Source of the DNA: Bacteroidia bacterium
Lineage (GTDB): Bacteria > Bacteroidota > Bacteroidia > UKL13-3
Reading direction: 5' to 3'
DNA: 64,000 nucleotides
Assembly (NCBI GenBank): GCA_046296495.1
Contig: JBKBLB010000006.1
Coordinates: 37,949 to 101,948 of the forward strand
Shown one piece after another: positions 40,736-52,599 of the stretch; position 1 is the stretch's first letter, and each line of letters opens with the position of its first letter. The notes beneath the pieces are model-generated. The model worked only from the letters and a program-made list of their open reading frames with translations. It had not been told where the DNA came from and ran no database searches. Made by a program: the position numbers and the translations under genes.

Positions 40736-42787
40736 ATGAAATTAAAAAGCATAGTTGCCATGAGTGTTTTATCGGCCCATATTTTTTATGCCTGCAACAG
40801 CGATAATAAACAGGCAAACAATCAAGATAATTTTGAAGTAGAATGCGACCGCTTTGCCGATTTACAGGTCTTACGCTATCAAATACCAGGTTTTGAAGAG
40901 TTAACTGCTCAACAAAAAGAACTTGCCTACTATTTGTATGAAGCCGCAAATTGTGGTCGAGATATTATTTACGACCAAAAATACAAACACAACCTTACCA
41001 TTAGGCGAACCATCGAAGCTATATTGGAAAACTACAATGGCGACAAAACTTCAAACGATTGGAAAAACTTTGAAGTGTATGCTAAAAGGGTGTTTTTTTC
41101 AAACGGTATTCACCATCATTACAGCAATATAAAATTTGTTCCTGAGTGTTCGTTTCAATATTTCTCAGAACTTGTAAAATCAGTAAATGCCGATTTATTG
41201 CCTTTAAAAGGAAAAACTGTTGATGAATTTTTAAGCTTTTTGCAGTCAATAATGTTTGACCCCAAAGTGGATACTAAAATTGTTGACCTTTCTCCCGGTA
41301 TTGACAATGTGGTAGCTTCGGCAAATAACTTTTATGAAGGTGTAACCCAAAAAGAAGTGGAAGATTACTATAATGCTAAAATAGATAAAAACGATGAAAC
41401 ACCTATAAGCTGGGGCTTAAACAGCAAAATGACAAAAGAAAACGGCAAAGTAATAGAGCGTGTATGGAAAAGCGGTGGCATGTATGGGCAAGCAATTGAT
41501 AAAATTATTTATTGGCTCGAAAAAGCCATTACCGTTACTGAAAATGATAAACAAAAAAAGGCACTCGAATTGTTGGTTCAATACTATAAAACAGGCGATT
41601 TAAAAATATGGGACGACTACAATATTGCATGGGTAAACGATGTTGACAGTCGCCTTGACGTGGTAAACGGTTTTATTGAAGTGTATGGAGATGCCATTGG
41701 TAAACGCGGAACTTTTGAAAGTGTTGTATCAATGAAAGACATGGAAGCAACCAAGCGTATAGCTACCATTGCCGCAAATGCACAATGGTTTGAAGATAAT
41801 TCGCCATTAATGCCTGAACACAAAAAGAAAGAAGTAAAAGGAATTACAGCCAAGGTAATTACTGTTATTCAAGAGGCCGGAGATGCTGCACCAAGCACAC
41901 CAATAGGTATAAACCTGCCTAATGCTAACTGGATAAGGCAGCAACATGGAAGCAAATCGGTATCGTTGGGCAATATTGTACATTCTTACAATGTTGTTGG
42001 CGCCAAAAGTCCAATGATGAAAGAGTTTGCATTAACCGAGGATGAAATAGAAAGAAATAAAAAATATGGCTCGATTGCCGGAGATTTACATACCGACATG
42101 CACGAAGTTATTGGCCATGCAAGCGGACAAATAAACAAAGGCATTGGCGACCCCGACCAAACATTAAAAAACTATGCATCAACGCTTGAAGAAGCCCGTG
42201 CTGATTTGGTAGCTTTGTATTATATCATGGATCAAAAATTAGTTGATATTGGTGTGATGCCAAGCCTTGAAGTTGGCAAATGCGAATATGACGGTTATAT
42301 AAGAAACGGCCTAATTACACAGCTTACACGCATTCCTTTAGGCGAAAATTTGGAAGAAGCCCACATGCGAAACAGGCAACTTGTTGCAGCCTGGGCCTAC
42401 GAAAAAGGCAAAGCCGATAATGTAATTGAATGGGTAAAGAAAGATGGCAAAACGTATGTAAGGGTAAATGATTATGAAAAACTAAGAAACCTTTTCGGAC
42501 AGTTATTGCGCGAAATTCAACGCATAAAATCAGAAGGAGATTATGCTGCCGGAATGAATTTGGTTGAAACCTATGGTGTAAAAGTTGACCAAAATTTATT
42601 AAAAGAAGTTCGCGAGCGATTTGAAAAACTAAATGTTGCTCCTTACAAAGGATTTATTCAACCCAAGCTTATACCGATTACAAAAAATGGTAAAATTGTT
42701 GATGTAAAGGTTGAATACCCGAACAATTTTTTGCAAAATCAGTTACAACTTGGTAAGCAATACAGTTTTTTGCCCAACTATAACTAA
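40736..42787 (+). CDS. Peptidase family M49 (dipeptidyl-peptidase III-like) lipoprotein
   Basis: HEVIGH plus downstream EEARADL, the two M49 zinc-binding motifs. Lipoprotein-type signal (…AHIFYAC). Confidence 0.8.
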   Translation: MKLKSIVAMSVLSAHIFYACNSDNKQANNQDNFEVECDRFADLQVLRYQIPGFEELTAQQKELAYYLYEAANCGRDIIYDQKYKHNLTIRRTIEAILENYNGDKTSNDWKNFEVYAKRVFFSNGIHHHYSNIKFVPECSFQYFSELVKSVNADLLPLKGKTVDEFLSFLQSIMFDPKVDTKIVDLSPGIDNVVASANNFYEGVTQKEVEDYYNAKIDKNDETPISWGLNSKMTKENGKVIERVWKSGGMYGQAIDKIIYWLEKAITVTENDKQKKALELLVQYYKTGDLKIWDDYNIAWVNDVDSRLDVVNGFIEVYGDAIGKRGTFESVVSMKDMEATKRIATIAANAQWFEDNSPLMPEHKKKEVKGITAKVITVIQEAGDAAPSTPIGINLPNANWIRQQHGSKSVSLGNIVHSYNVVGAKSPMMKEFALTEDEIERNKKYGSIAGDLHTDMHEVIGHASGQINKGIGDPDQTLKNYASTLEEARADLVALYYIMDQKLVDIGVMPSLEVGKCEYDGYIRNGLITQLTRIPLGENLEEAHMRNRQLVAAWAYEKGKADNVIEWVKKDGKTYVRVNDYEKLRNLFGQLLREIQRIKSEGDYAAGMNLVETYGVKVDQNLLKEVRERFEKLNVAPYKGFIQPKLIPITKNGKIVDVKVEYPNNFLQNQLQLGKQYSFLPNYN

Positions 42788-42790
42788 TTT

Positions 42791-43774
42791 TTGTTGAACC
42801 TAAAACTCATTACAGCAATTTTGTTGTTTTTGTTGGTTGCTGTTTATGCTTGCAACCAAACAGAAAACAAAGCGCAGGCTGATTATACTGAAAACAATGA
42901 TACAATTGCGCCTGATATAAACTTACTGCCCGATGGCGAATATAAAAACATGGTGCAATATGGCTACGAGTTAATGACCAATACCACAAAATATATTGGC
43001 CCAAACGGAATTGCAGGAAGCCATTTAGGAAATAAAATGAATTGTACACATTGTCATCAAAATGCTGGTACTAAAAATTACAGTTTTAGCTTAGTAAATT
43101 CACATGTTGAGTATCCTCAATACCGTTCGCGTGAAAATATGGTATTAACATTGGCAGATAGGGTAAACAACTGTATAACACGCCCGCACAATGGTAAACC
43201 CATTGATTACAACAGCAAAGAAATGCGAGCATATTTAACCTATTTTAAATTTTTATACGATTGGGCTAGGGAAAATAATATTAAACACAAAAAAGTAATT
43301 GATATTGAATTTACCGATGAACCGGCTGATTATAAAGAAGGAGAAAAACTTTATTTGCAACATTGTGCAAGTTGCCACCAACCGAATGGAGAAGGTGTAA
43401 TGCGAGCCGATTCCAGTGTATATGAATATCCGCCATTGTGGGGCATGAATGCATATCAGCCCGGTTCGAGTATGCACAGGGTTATAAAACTTGCACAATG
43501 GCTAAAAGCTAATATGCCCTACAATATTGCAACGGCTAAAAAGCCTTTTTTAACCGATAAACAAGCCATTGATATTGCGGCTTTTATAAACAACGACAGT
43601 TTACACAAAAGGCCTACACCACCAAACTTCGATTACCCGAATATTTATACAAAACCCATTGATTATGGTATAGGTCCTTATGCCGATACGTTTTCTCAAC
43701 ATCAGCATAAATTTGGACCTTGGAAACAAATAATTAATTATTGGCAAACCAATAATATGAAACCTATTTACTAA
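42791..43774 (+). CDS. Di-haem c-type cytochrome
   Basis: Two CxxCH motifs (CTHCH, CASCH). Signal peptide. About 330 aa. Confidence 0.75.
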   Translation: MLNLKLITAILLFLLVAVYACNQTENKAQADYTENNDTIAPDINLLPDGEYKNMVQYGYELMTNTTKYIGPNGIAGSHLGNKMNCTHCHQNAGTKNYSFSLVNSHVEYPQYRSRENMVLTLADRVNNCITRPHNGKPIDYNSKEMRAYLTYFKFLYDWARENNIKHKKVIDIEFTDEPADYKEGEKLYLQHCASCHQPNGEGVMRADSSVYEYPPLWGMNAYQPGSSMHRVIKLAQWLKANMPYNIATAKKPFLTDKQAIDIAAFINNDSLHKRPTPPNFDYPNIYTKPIDYGIGPYADTFSQHQHKFGPWKQIINYWQTNNMKPIY

Positions 43775-43776
43775 TA

Positions 43777-45276
43777 ATGTTAAGGTATTTACTAATATTA
43801 TTTACCATTATTCTTTGTTTTGATGCCCAATCAAAAAATTATCCTCAAAATAATCAGGTAATAAAGCATTTACAGGTAATGTATGAAACTGATGTGCATG
43901 AGAATGCAGATGCATACGAATTCTATGTTTTTAATAAAAATAAACTGATTGATTACGCCAAAACACAACATCCGGTTTATTTGGGCAAAACCATACTTGA
44001 TTTTGGTTCAAACTATAAACTAAAAGTTAAAAAGCTAAAGCAAAAAGAGATTTTAAATGAATATTCAATTACCTTTAAAACGGCTCAATCAAAAAGGGCT
44101 GGTAATGAATTTAGCAGAATAGAGATAACTAAATATGATTCGGTTAAAACCTTGAATGGTTTGATTTTTATGGACAATAATTTTATAGTAAACCGAAGAG
44201 GCAAGCCCGTTTACTGTATTGATACATCCATTGCATTTGTAAGAAATTTTCACATAACAAATACAGGTACTTTATTTTATTTAGATAGTACAGTTCTTAT
44301 TGAAACCAATCTTAACGGAAAAGTTTTATGGCGTTCTCCTAATATTGATAACAATGAGTTTAAAGTTTTAGAATACCATCATGACATGTTGAAAACAAGA
44401 AAAGGAACATATTTGTGCATAGCATCAGTAAAATACAAAAACATAAAGCAAAAAGTAAAATACAATGTATTAATAGAGCTTGACCGCAACAATAACATAA
44501 AATGGATTTGGCACGAAAAAGACTTTTTTCCCAACGACAGTATTGTTTTTAAGGCTACGCACATTAACTCTTTGTTTTATGATGAAGATAATGAAGAAAT
44601 ATACACCAGCAACCGCGATTTACATACTATTTTAAAAATTGATAAAAAAACCGGTAAGCTTATATGGTCTTTTGGCTATCAATTTAATGATGTGCCTTAC
44701 GTTGAAAACAATATTGTTAAAATGCAACACAGGGTAATTAAATTACCCAACAATAATTTACTCGTTTTTAATAACGATAGCGGTGATGGATCAACAGCAA
44801 GAACATCGGTTGTAGAAATAAGCAATCCGGGAAACGAAGGAAATGCTGCTGAAATTATTTGGAGTTATAGATTTAACTTTGACAGTGAAGTAGAAAATTT
44901 TATACCCAGAATGGGTGGAGCTGTAAAACTCAAAAATGGAAATTATTTAATAGCATCAGGCATTTTTGATAGGAATTTTGAGATAACCAAAGATGGAGAA
45001 ATTGTTTGGGAGCTGAGAATGGAACAGTACAACCAATATGCCAAACAGTTTGCCGGAGCGCCTTGTTACAGAAGTAATTTTGCAACCTCATTATATCCAT
45101 ATTATTATATTTTATATAAGAAACAAAGCAAATATGTAATATATAATGCAGGAACCGAAAACATCTGGATTTCATTAAAATTTAAATCAGGGAAAACTCA
45201 AAATCTAAATCTAAAATCATCCAACCAGATAGAGCTAAATGAAAAACCTATTGGTGTTATCAGATTGTTCAAGTAA
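43777..45276 (+). CDS. Secreted hypothetical protein, possibly a beta-propeller (arylsulfotransferase-N-like). 2 nt downstream of the cytochrome.
   Basis: Signal peptide. Repeated W/beta-strand blades (KVLWRSPN, IKWIWHEKDFF, KLIWSFGYQF, EIIWSY, EIVWEL). Confidence 0.45.
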   Translation: MLRYLLILFTIILCFDAQSKNYPQNNQVIKHLQVMYETDVHENADAYEFYVFNKNKLIDYAKTQHPVYLGKTILDFGSNYKLKVKKLKQKEILNEYSITFKTAQSKRAGNEFSRIEITKYDSVKTLNGLIFMDNNFIVNRRGKPVYCIDTSIAFVRNFHITNTGTLFYLDSTVLIETNLNGKVLWRSPNIDNNEFKVLEYHHDMLKTRKGTYLCIASVKYKNIKQKVKYNVLIELDRNNNIKWIWHEKDFFPNDSIVFKATHINSLFYDEDNEEIYTSNRDLHTILKIDKKTGKLIWSFGYQFNDVPYVENNIVKMQHRVIKLPNNNLLVFNNDSGDGSTARTSVVEISNPGNEGNAAEIIWSYRFNFDSEVENFIPRMGGAVKLKNGNYLIASGIFDRNFEITKDGEIVWELRMEQYNQYAKQFAGAPCYRSNFATSLYPYYYILYKKQSKYVIYNAGTENIWISLKFKSGKTQNLNLKSSNQIELNEKPIGVIRLFK

Positions 45277-45375
45277 AATTTATGTAAAGAGTTCGTTTAT
45301 TAAAAATCTTTTTAACAATTAATTGCGTAAAAGCAAACTAATTGCTTAATTTACACAGCAAAACTTATTAAAACT

Positions 45376-48300
45376 ATGAAAAAAATTTTACTATTTGTTG
45401 CATTTTATGCAGTAATACTGAATGTAAATGCACAATTATCAGGAACAAGAACCGTAGGTTCATCTAATCCGCTCTATCCAACAATAGCCATAGCTATTGA
45501 TTCTTTAAACCTACATGGTGTAGCTGTTGGAGGAGTTACTTTTGAAGTTACAGCCGGTCATACCGAAACAACATTTAACCGAACAATTACCACAACTACA
45601 TCCGGACCTACAAGACCGGTTAGTTTTGTAAAAACAGGTACAGGTTTAAACCCAAGAATTACAGCAGGTACTGGTGTTAGTACAACAGTTGATTATGTTA
45701 TTGGAATTTTAGGATCAGATAATATAACTTTTGATGGCATTGATATTTTAGACCCAACAACCAATACAACCAATACTACCAGGATGGAGTGGGGTTATGC
45801 AATTTTAAAGCAAAGTGCTACTAACGGCTGCTATAATATTACCATAACAAATTGCAATATTGTTTTACAAAAAGCAAACACAGCAAGCAATGGTATAAGG
45901 GTTGGTAATCATAATAACTTAAATACAACAGCCATAACTATTTCAAATATTTCAGGTATTCACAAAAATATTAATTTAACCAACAACAATATTTCAAATG
46001 TTTATAACGGAATTTTTCATACCGGAGCTACTACTGCAATTTATTTTGATGAAGATTTAAATTTTAGCTCAAATGTTGTAACAAACTTTGGCGGTTCAAG
46101 TACAGTAAGCTATGGTATTTATGCGCTAAATTACAAGAATATTTTAGTTGAAAATGACAGTATAAATGGAGGTTCAGGAACAACAACATCATTTTATGGA
46201 ATTTGGACTGCAACAGCTGCTAATGCTAATATAGTCATAAACAACAATTTTGTTAGGTTACAAAATACAGGCACAACAAATGTTTGGTATCCCATATACA
46301 ATACAGGCGGTTCAGGAAACGGAATGGTAATTATTAGCAATAACCGAGTTGATAGTTGCAATAGTACAACAGCAACAACAGCTACATTTTATGCCATATA
46401 CAACCAATCATCAGCATTAAATGTAAATATTTTTAACAATACTATTTCAAGAACTGTTGCTTCTTCAAGCTCAGGAACAACAGCTTTGTTATACAATCAG
46501 GCAGGCACCAATTCAAATATTTATAATAATATTATTATTGACAACATTATTAATTCTACTAGTACAAGGGTTTTATATTGTATTTGGGCAAATGGAACAA
46601 CAATAAACACCTATGGAAACAGAATAGTAAACAATGTAAGAAATGGCGGTTCGAGCGGAACGGTTGCCGGTTTATATGTATCAGGTGGCACATTGCAAAA
46701 TATGTATAACAACACGGTTTCAGATTTAAGCAGCAACATTTCAAGTGTTACTATAAACGGTATAATGATTGCTGCCGGAACAAGATATTTTATTTATAAC
46801 AATTTAGTTGCAAATATATTTTCCCCAATTAATGCTAACAACAATGGTATAAACGGAATTAATATTACTACTACTTCAACTGCCGTTGTTGCATCAATTT
46901 ATCATAATACGGTATTTTTAAATGCAACCTCTACAGGCGCAAATTTTGGTTCAAACGCAGTATTTGTTCAAACAGGACCATCAGTTGAGTTGAGTAACAA
47001 TTTACTTTATAACACAAGTTCAAGTGCAGGCACCGGAAGAACTGTTGCTTACAGAAGAGCCAATACAACTTATGCAACCTATGCTTTTAACTCAAACAAC
47101 AATTTATTTTATGCCGGCACACCCGGAGTAAATAATTTACTTTATACCGATGGAACAAACAATATACAAACATTAGGTGCATTAATGGCATATAATGCAT
47201 CTAATTTACCTGCCAGAGATGTTGAATCAGTTACTGAAAATGTAAGCTTTATATCAACTGTTGCATCAAACTCAAACTTTTTAAGGGTTAACACTTCAAA
47301 CCCAACACAGGTTGAGTCGGGCGGACGTTTTGGAACCGGTATTAACGGAGATTTTTTAAATTCAACAATACGAACCACTTTTCCATTAACAGGCCAAACA
47401 AACGGAGGTGGTAATGCTCCTGATATTGGTGCTTTTGAACAAGATATGATTCCATTAGATATTGCAGGTCCTTCAATATTATATCGTAATTTAAGAAATG
47501 GTTCTGCGAGTGTTAATCAAAGACATTTGATAAATGTAATAATCAGAGATAAATCAAGAGTTGATACATTATTGTCTAATCGCCCTAGAATTTATTACAG
47601 AAAAAGTTCAAACATCAATTCTTTGGCATCAACAAATGATAATTTCACCGATGGTTGGAAATTCTCTGTAGCAAATAACACAACCTCACCATTTAATTTT
47701 ACTATTGATTATTCAAAGCTTTTTGGAGGTAACCCTTTAGTGAACGATACCATTTTTTATTTCGTGGTAGCCCAAGATATGCAACTTGTACCGCTAGTTG
47801 GTGTTAATAGCGCAAGTTTTGCATTAGCCCCAACCAGTGTAAATTTATCGTTTGGAAACTTTCCGGTAACAGGTTCAAACTTTTATGTAATTGATACAGC
47901 ACTATTGATGAATTATACAGTAGGTTCTTTTGGTGCAGATTTTACAAGCTTTACCAGGCCTGATGGTTTCTTCAATTTTATAAACAACAATGTTATTGAT
48001 ACCAATGTAACAGTAACTGTTTTAACCGATATTATTAACGAAACCGGTCAAGTTGCATTAAATGAATTATCGGTTGATGGTAACAATCCTGCAAACACAT
48101 TTTTAATTATAAGACCAGGAGGTATTGGTAGTAAATTTGTTGGCGGTACACTAACTACCGGTGGTTTATTTAGGTTTAATAATGCTAACAATGTAATAAT
48201 TGATGGTAACGATTTATTTGGAAACCCATACAACTTGGCATTTGCAAATATGGCTACATCTGGTGCAAATTGTACCTTTATGTTTAGTGGAACATCCGGA

Positions 48301-50477
48301 CAACCCGGTTGTTCAAATATTACCATTTCTAATTCTAGAATTTATACGGGTAACAGAATAAATACATCTAATTGCGCTGTATTTATTGGTGGTACTACCG
48401 TAACTTTAACGAATACTTCAGGAGGTTTTGGTAATAATACCATCAGGCTCTAATAAATAATAATATTTACAGAGCGTATGCAGGAATTCAAATTATAAGT
48501 CATCCTGCAAGTTTTGCTGATAGCATTACAATTGCTAACAATATTATTGGCACCGATTCTACAGTACATTTTATAAGCGGTATGGGTATAAGAGTAAATG
48601 GCTTAACAAACAGCAGCATTCGAAGAAATAAAATATACAATATTGTTAATAATACAACAAGTTCTTTGAGTTTATATGGAATGCATTTTATTGCCAATTT
48701 AACCAATACGTCAATTCATGGAAACTATATAGATAATGTTTCTTACACAGGTACAAATTATCCTATAACAAGAGGCATTCATATTTCAGGAACTGTAAAT
48801 GCTAATGTTACCTTAAGTAATAATGTAATAAACAGGGTAATATCATCTGGAGCTGATTTTAGCCAGTTTTATGGACCTACAGGTATATATTTTGACGGAA
48901 CCGGAAGCAACTATAGATTATACCATAATACCGTTCATCTTGCAGGGCAAAGACCAATTAATACATGGATTTTTACATCTTATTCATATACCTATTCATA
49001 TAATTTAAGAAACGCTTATTCTGCAGCATTATGTATTAACTCATCTGCCATTACCGGAATTGATGCACGGAATAATATTTTCAGCAACGTTCAAACATCA
49101 GCCAACACTACACAAATGGGTTTTAACTTTGCCATTTTCTCTCCAACAATGGCCAATTTTTCAAATCTTAGCCACAATTTATATTGGGCATCTTCTGCAC
49201 AAACCGGAATGACAAACGGATTTCAAATGCAAAATGCTACACAAACAACTTTTCAGGCATATAGAAGCATAGCAACAATTGATAGGTATAGCTCTTTTCA
49301 AAGACCGGCTTTCGTTAATGATTCTGTTTTGGATATAAATTTATTTGATAGTGCTGCATGGGCTTTATATGGTCGCGCAGTACCAACTCTTGGCATAACA
49401 AGAGATTTTAACGACACCTTAATGAGCACATCAATTTTAACTGGTCCGAACTGTATTGGAGCAGTTAATTTTTCTTTACCAACTATCGCAGCACCTGTTG
49501 CTATTGCAAGTGCTTTACCGGCACCAAATACCACCACTCATTATTTTAGCGGTGGAGACACCATTGCTTCAATTACTTGGAACACCATGTCAAGCGTTCC
49601 TGTTGATTTTACACTTAGATATTACCCCGGTAAAATTCCATCAGCACCTCACTCATCGGCAAGATATTTAAGAGCAACATGGGAGCTAAGCGGTATCCCT
49701 GTTACAGGCTTCGATTACTCAATTAGAATGTTCTACAACCCGGCACATCTTAATAACATATCAAGCGAAAGTAATTTAATTGGTGCAAATTATTTTGGCT
49801 CGGTATGGACACCATTTACCTTTTCATCAATTGTTGATAGTGTAGCAAAAACTTTAACTGTAAACAACTTGGTTATGATGGGTGAATTTACCGGAACGGA
49901 TAATATAAACCCATTACCTGTAAAACTTAGTAGATTTACAGTTGAAAAACAGCAGCAAAATGCAGTATTAAACTGGTCAACATCATCAGAAATAAACTCT
50001 TCACAGTTTTTGGTTGAACGCTCTTTCAATAGAAATGATTTTGAGGAAATAGGTTCAGTAAGAGCAAAAGGAAATTCAAACAGAAATGTGAACTATAATT
50101 TTATAGACAGATATATTGTAAAAGATGCAATTATAAAAGGAAATAATATTGTTTATTACAGATTGAAACAAATTGACCGTAATGGCGACTTTGCTTACTC
50201 AGAAATAAGAAGCTTAAATGTATTTAACGAACTTGGCAGCAATATTGCAATAATGCCAAATCCATTTAAAAACCATTTTCAATTATCTTTTGCTGAACCA
50301 ACAGACAATGTGTTTGTAAAAGTTATTGATTTAAATGGTAAAGTTGTTTTTAGTAACAAATACAACCATGTAGAAAGTTCGTTAACCATTGAAGCCGCTA
50401 ATTTGAAAGATGGCGTTTACATTTTGAATGTTGAACATTCAGGAAAAACAGAAACGTATAAAGTCATAAAAAATTAA
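45376..50477 (+). pseudogene. Giant (about 1700 aa) T9SS-secreted parallel-beta-helix/adhesin-like protein split by a frameshift near 48438-48455
   Basis: ORF 45376..48453 has a signal peptide and N/T/S/G-rich beta-helix repeats. ORF 48582..50477 has no signal peptide but ends in a canonical T9SS type-A CTD (MPNPFKNHFQLSF...VKVIDLNGKVV...GVYILNVEHSGKTETYKVIKN). The frame of ORF2 is open back to 48438 and reads …NNNIYRAYAGIQII…, continuing the repeat. Confidence 0.6.
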
Positions 50478-50501
50478 TTATTAAAACTTGAAAAAAGTAA
50501 T

Positions 50502-50537
50502 GCCCCGAATGGCTATTAGCCATTCGGGGCATTTTAT
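50502..50537 (+). terminator. Rho-independent terminator after the T9SS cargo gene
   Basis: 12-bp perfect stem gccccgaatggc / gccattcggggc, then ATTTTATTT. Confidence 0.7.
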
Positions 50538-50551
50538 TTATTATTGCAGAA

Positions 50552-51049
50552 ATGGCCACACACTTAAAAAATCTATCAAAAACAACACTTACAAAGTCAA
50601 AACAATACAAAGATTTTGTAATTGGTATTGTAACCGCCCAATGGAATCAAGAAATTACTTTTGCTATGCGCGATGCAGCCATGGCTTATTTAAAAGAAAA
50701 AGGCGTTAAAGAAAAAAACATTATTCAAACACTTGTACCCGGAAGTTTTGAACTTGCATTTGGCGCCCAGCTTTTGGCTCAGCAAAAAAATGTACATGGT
50801 GTAATTACAATTGGCTGTGTTATACAAGGCGAAACACGTCATTTTGATTTTATTTGCGATGCCTGTGCAAACGGTATTATGCAGGTGGGTTTAAATAGCA
50901 ACAAACCGGTAATTTTTGGGGTATTAACAACAAATAACATGCAACAAGCCATAGATAGAAGCGGAGGAAAGCACGGAAACAAAGGTGTTGAAGCTGCAGA
51001 AACAGTAATAAAAATGATTGCATTACAACAAATGTTAAATAAGCATTAA
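50552..51049 (+). CDS. ribH: 6,7-dimethyl-8-ribityllumazine synthase
   Basis: The VIGIVTAQWNQEIT…GAFELAFGAQ…GVITIGCVIQGETRHFDFI core is consistent with lumazine synthase. Confidence 0.9.
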   Translation: MATHLKNLSKTTLTKSKQYKDFVIGIVTAQWNQEITFAMRDAAMAYLKEKGVKEKNIIQTLVPGSFELAFGAQLLAQQKNVHGVITIGCVIQGETRHFDFICDACANGIMQVGLNSNKPVIFGVLTTNNMQQAIDRSGGKHGNKGVEAAETVIKMIALQQMLNKH

Positions 51050-51099
51050 CACATTGATTGGCCACATATTTTAAGTTATGTTTGAACCCAATTTAATAT

Positions 51100-52599
51100 A
51101 TGAAACAGCTTACAGCCATATACATATTTTTTTTTATTCTTATAGGCTATTCGTGTAAAAAAGGCTTTCAAGGCGATAAAAAAACGGTTGAGCCACCACA
51201 AACATTTATGGTAGTTGATACTGTTTTTAGAACAGGAACCGATAGGCTTACAACAAGAGTTGAAGCAAGATGGTATGGCATTTCGGTTGGTGGCTTTATT
51301 AAAGGATATGAAGTTAGTACAGATAATATGCTTACCTGGACTTATACTACAAGAACCGATAGCATTTTTTTACTTGATATACCCGAAGGAAAAGATAGTG
51401 CAGATGTAAATGTGTTTGTTAGGGCAATTGATAATTTTGGCCAAAAAGACCCAAGTCCGGCCAGCACCTTATATCCTATAAAAAATTCACCACCAACTGT
51501 AAGATTTATATTTAGCGCACCTCTGGGAGTTCCATCACAAAACCCAACTGTTTCATTTCCTGTATTACGTTATAATATTCAAGGCAACGACCCGGATGGG
51601 TTTGCACAATTGGCCGGCTATAATATTTTTATAAACGACACCAACGCTCAACCCATATTTTTAAACAGCAATGTTACGGCATTTACCCTAATTGCCGTTA
51701 ATAATCAAGCCGATTCAAGTTTATGTAATGTTTTAATAAACAATAACAATAATTCCGTTGGGCAGGTTGGTTTTTTAAGACTGAATGCTCATAACACCAT
51801 TTATATACAAGCCGTTGACAGAGCCTTAAGTAAAAGTGGTTATGTTGCTGCACCACAAATTTGGGTCAAAAAACCTCAACCATCAAAAACATTGGTTGTA
51901 AATGCCTACCGAACAAACAGAATTTTTGTTCAAAATTTCTACATGCAAAGAATGGCATCAATAGGTATTACCAACTTTGATACTTTATTACTTACCGAAG
52001 TTATTAACAACAACTACACTCAGTTGGCTCCCGATTTTGAAACACAACAACGTGTTTTTGCTTTGTTTGATAAAATAATATGGTTTAGCGATGATGCTAC
52101 TTTTTCGCTAACAATAGGTCAAAGAAGTACTTCAACTTTTTTTAATACCGGAGGCAGAATGTTTTTATGTGTGGGTATAAGCACTACGTTTGATCCATTG
52201 AGCGATTTTCTTAACTGGACACCCATAAATAACCTTGTAAATCCACCGATAGGAAGTATTTTCAGGGTTAATAATAATACCAGCATTCCTCCGGTAAAAC
52301 CGGGATGGCCAACTATACGCTCCTCTCAGGTTATCTCAAGTGCACGACCGTTTGAAATTCCACCACAAGGCCAATTATTTAGTTTTGATACACTTTACAG
52401 CGGTGGTATTATTGAGCAAATCAGCGGTCAGCCAATTAGGCCTTGGGCCGGTGTTAGCAATGTTATTGCCAAAAGGTATAATACCGAAACAAAAAAAACG
52501 AACTTTATAATATCGAGCATACCGCTTGAGAGTTTTAACGGTAATAACAATATTGACACTTTACTGCAAAAAATATTAATTGAAGAACTTGCATTTTAA
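51100..52599 (+). CDS. Hypothetical lipoprotein (499 aa)
   Basis: Lipobox-like IGYSCKK. No enzyme motif recognized. The N-terminal third looks like Ig/FN3-like beta-sandwiches. Confidence 0.5.
   Translation: MKQLTAIYIFFFILIGYSCKKGFQGDKKTVEPPQTFMVVDTVFRTGTDRLTTRVEARWYGISVGGFIKGYEVSTDNMLTWTYTTRTDSIFLLDIPEGKDSADVNVFVRAIDNFGQKDPSPASTLYPIKNSPPTVRFIFSAPLGVPSQNPTVSFPVLRYNIQGNDPDGFAQLAGYNIFINDTNAQPIFLNSNVTAFTLIAVNNQADSSLCNVLINNNNNSVGQVGFLRLNAHNTIYIQAVDRALSKSGYVAAPQIWVKKPQPSKTLVVNAYRTNRIFVQNFYMQRMASIGITNFDTLLLTEVINNNYTQLAPDFETQQRVFALFDKIIWFSDDATFSLTIGQRSTSTFFNTGGRMFLCVGISTTFDPLSDFLNWTPINNLVNPPIGSIFRVNNNTSIPPVKPGWPTIRSSQVISSARPFEIPPQGQLFSFDTLYSGGIIEQISGQPIRPWAGVSNVIAKRYNTETKKTNFIISSIPLESFNGNNNIDTLLQKILIEELAF

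Noticed and set aside
45376-50477. Nucleotide-level tandem repeats or a CRISPR-like periodicity in the Asn/Thr-rich region.
   Set aside because: The periodicity is at the protein level (beta-helix coils, about 20-25 aa), with degenerate DNA. There are no exact direct repeats or spacers.
50478-50551. Possible FMN riboswitch upstream of ribH.
   Set aside because: Only about 75 nt of intergenic space is available, and most of it is the terminator hairpin of the upstream gene. That is too short for an FMN aptamer, and no conserved FMN-element motifs were seen.
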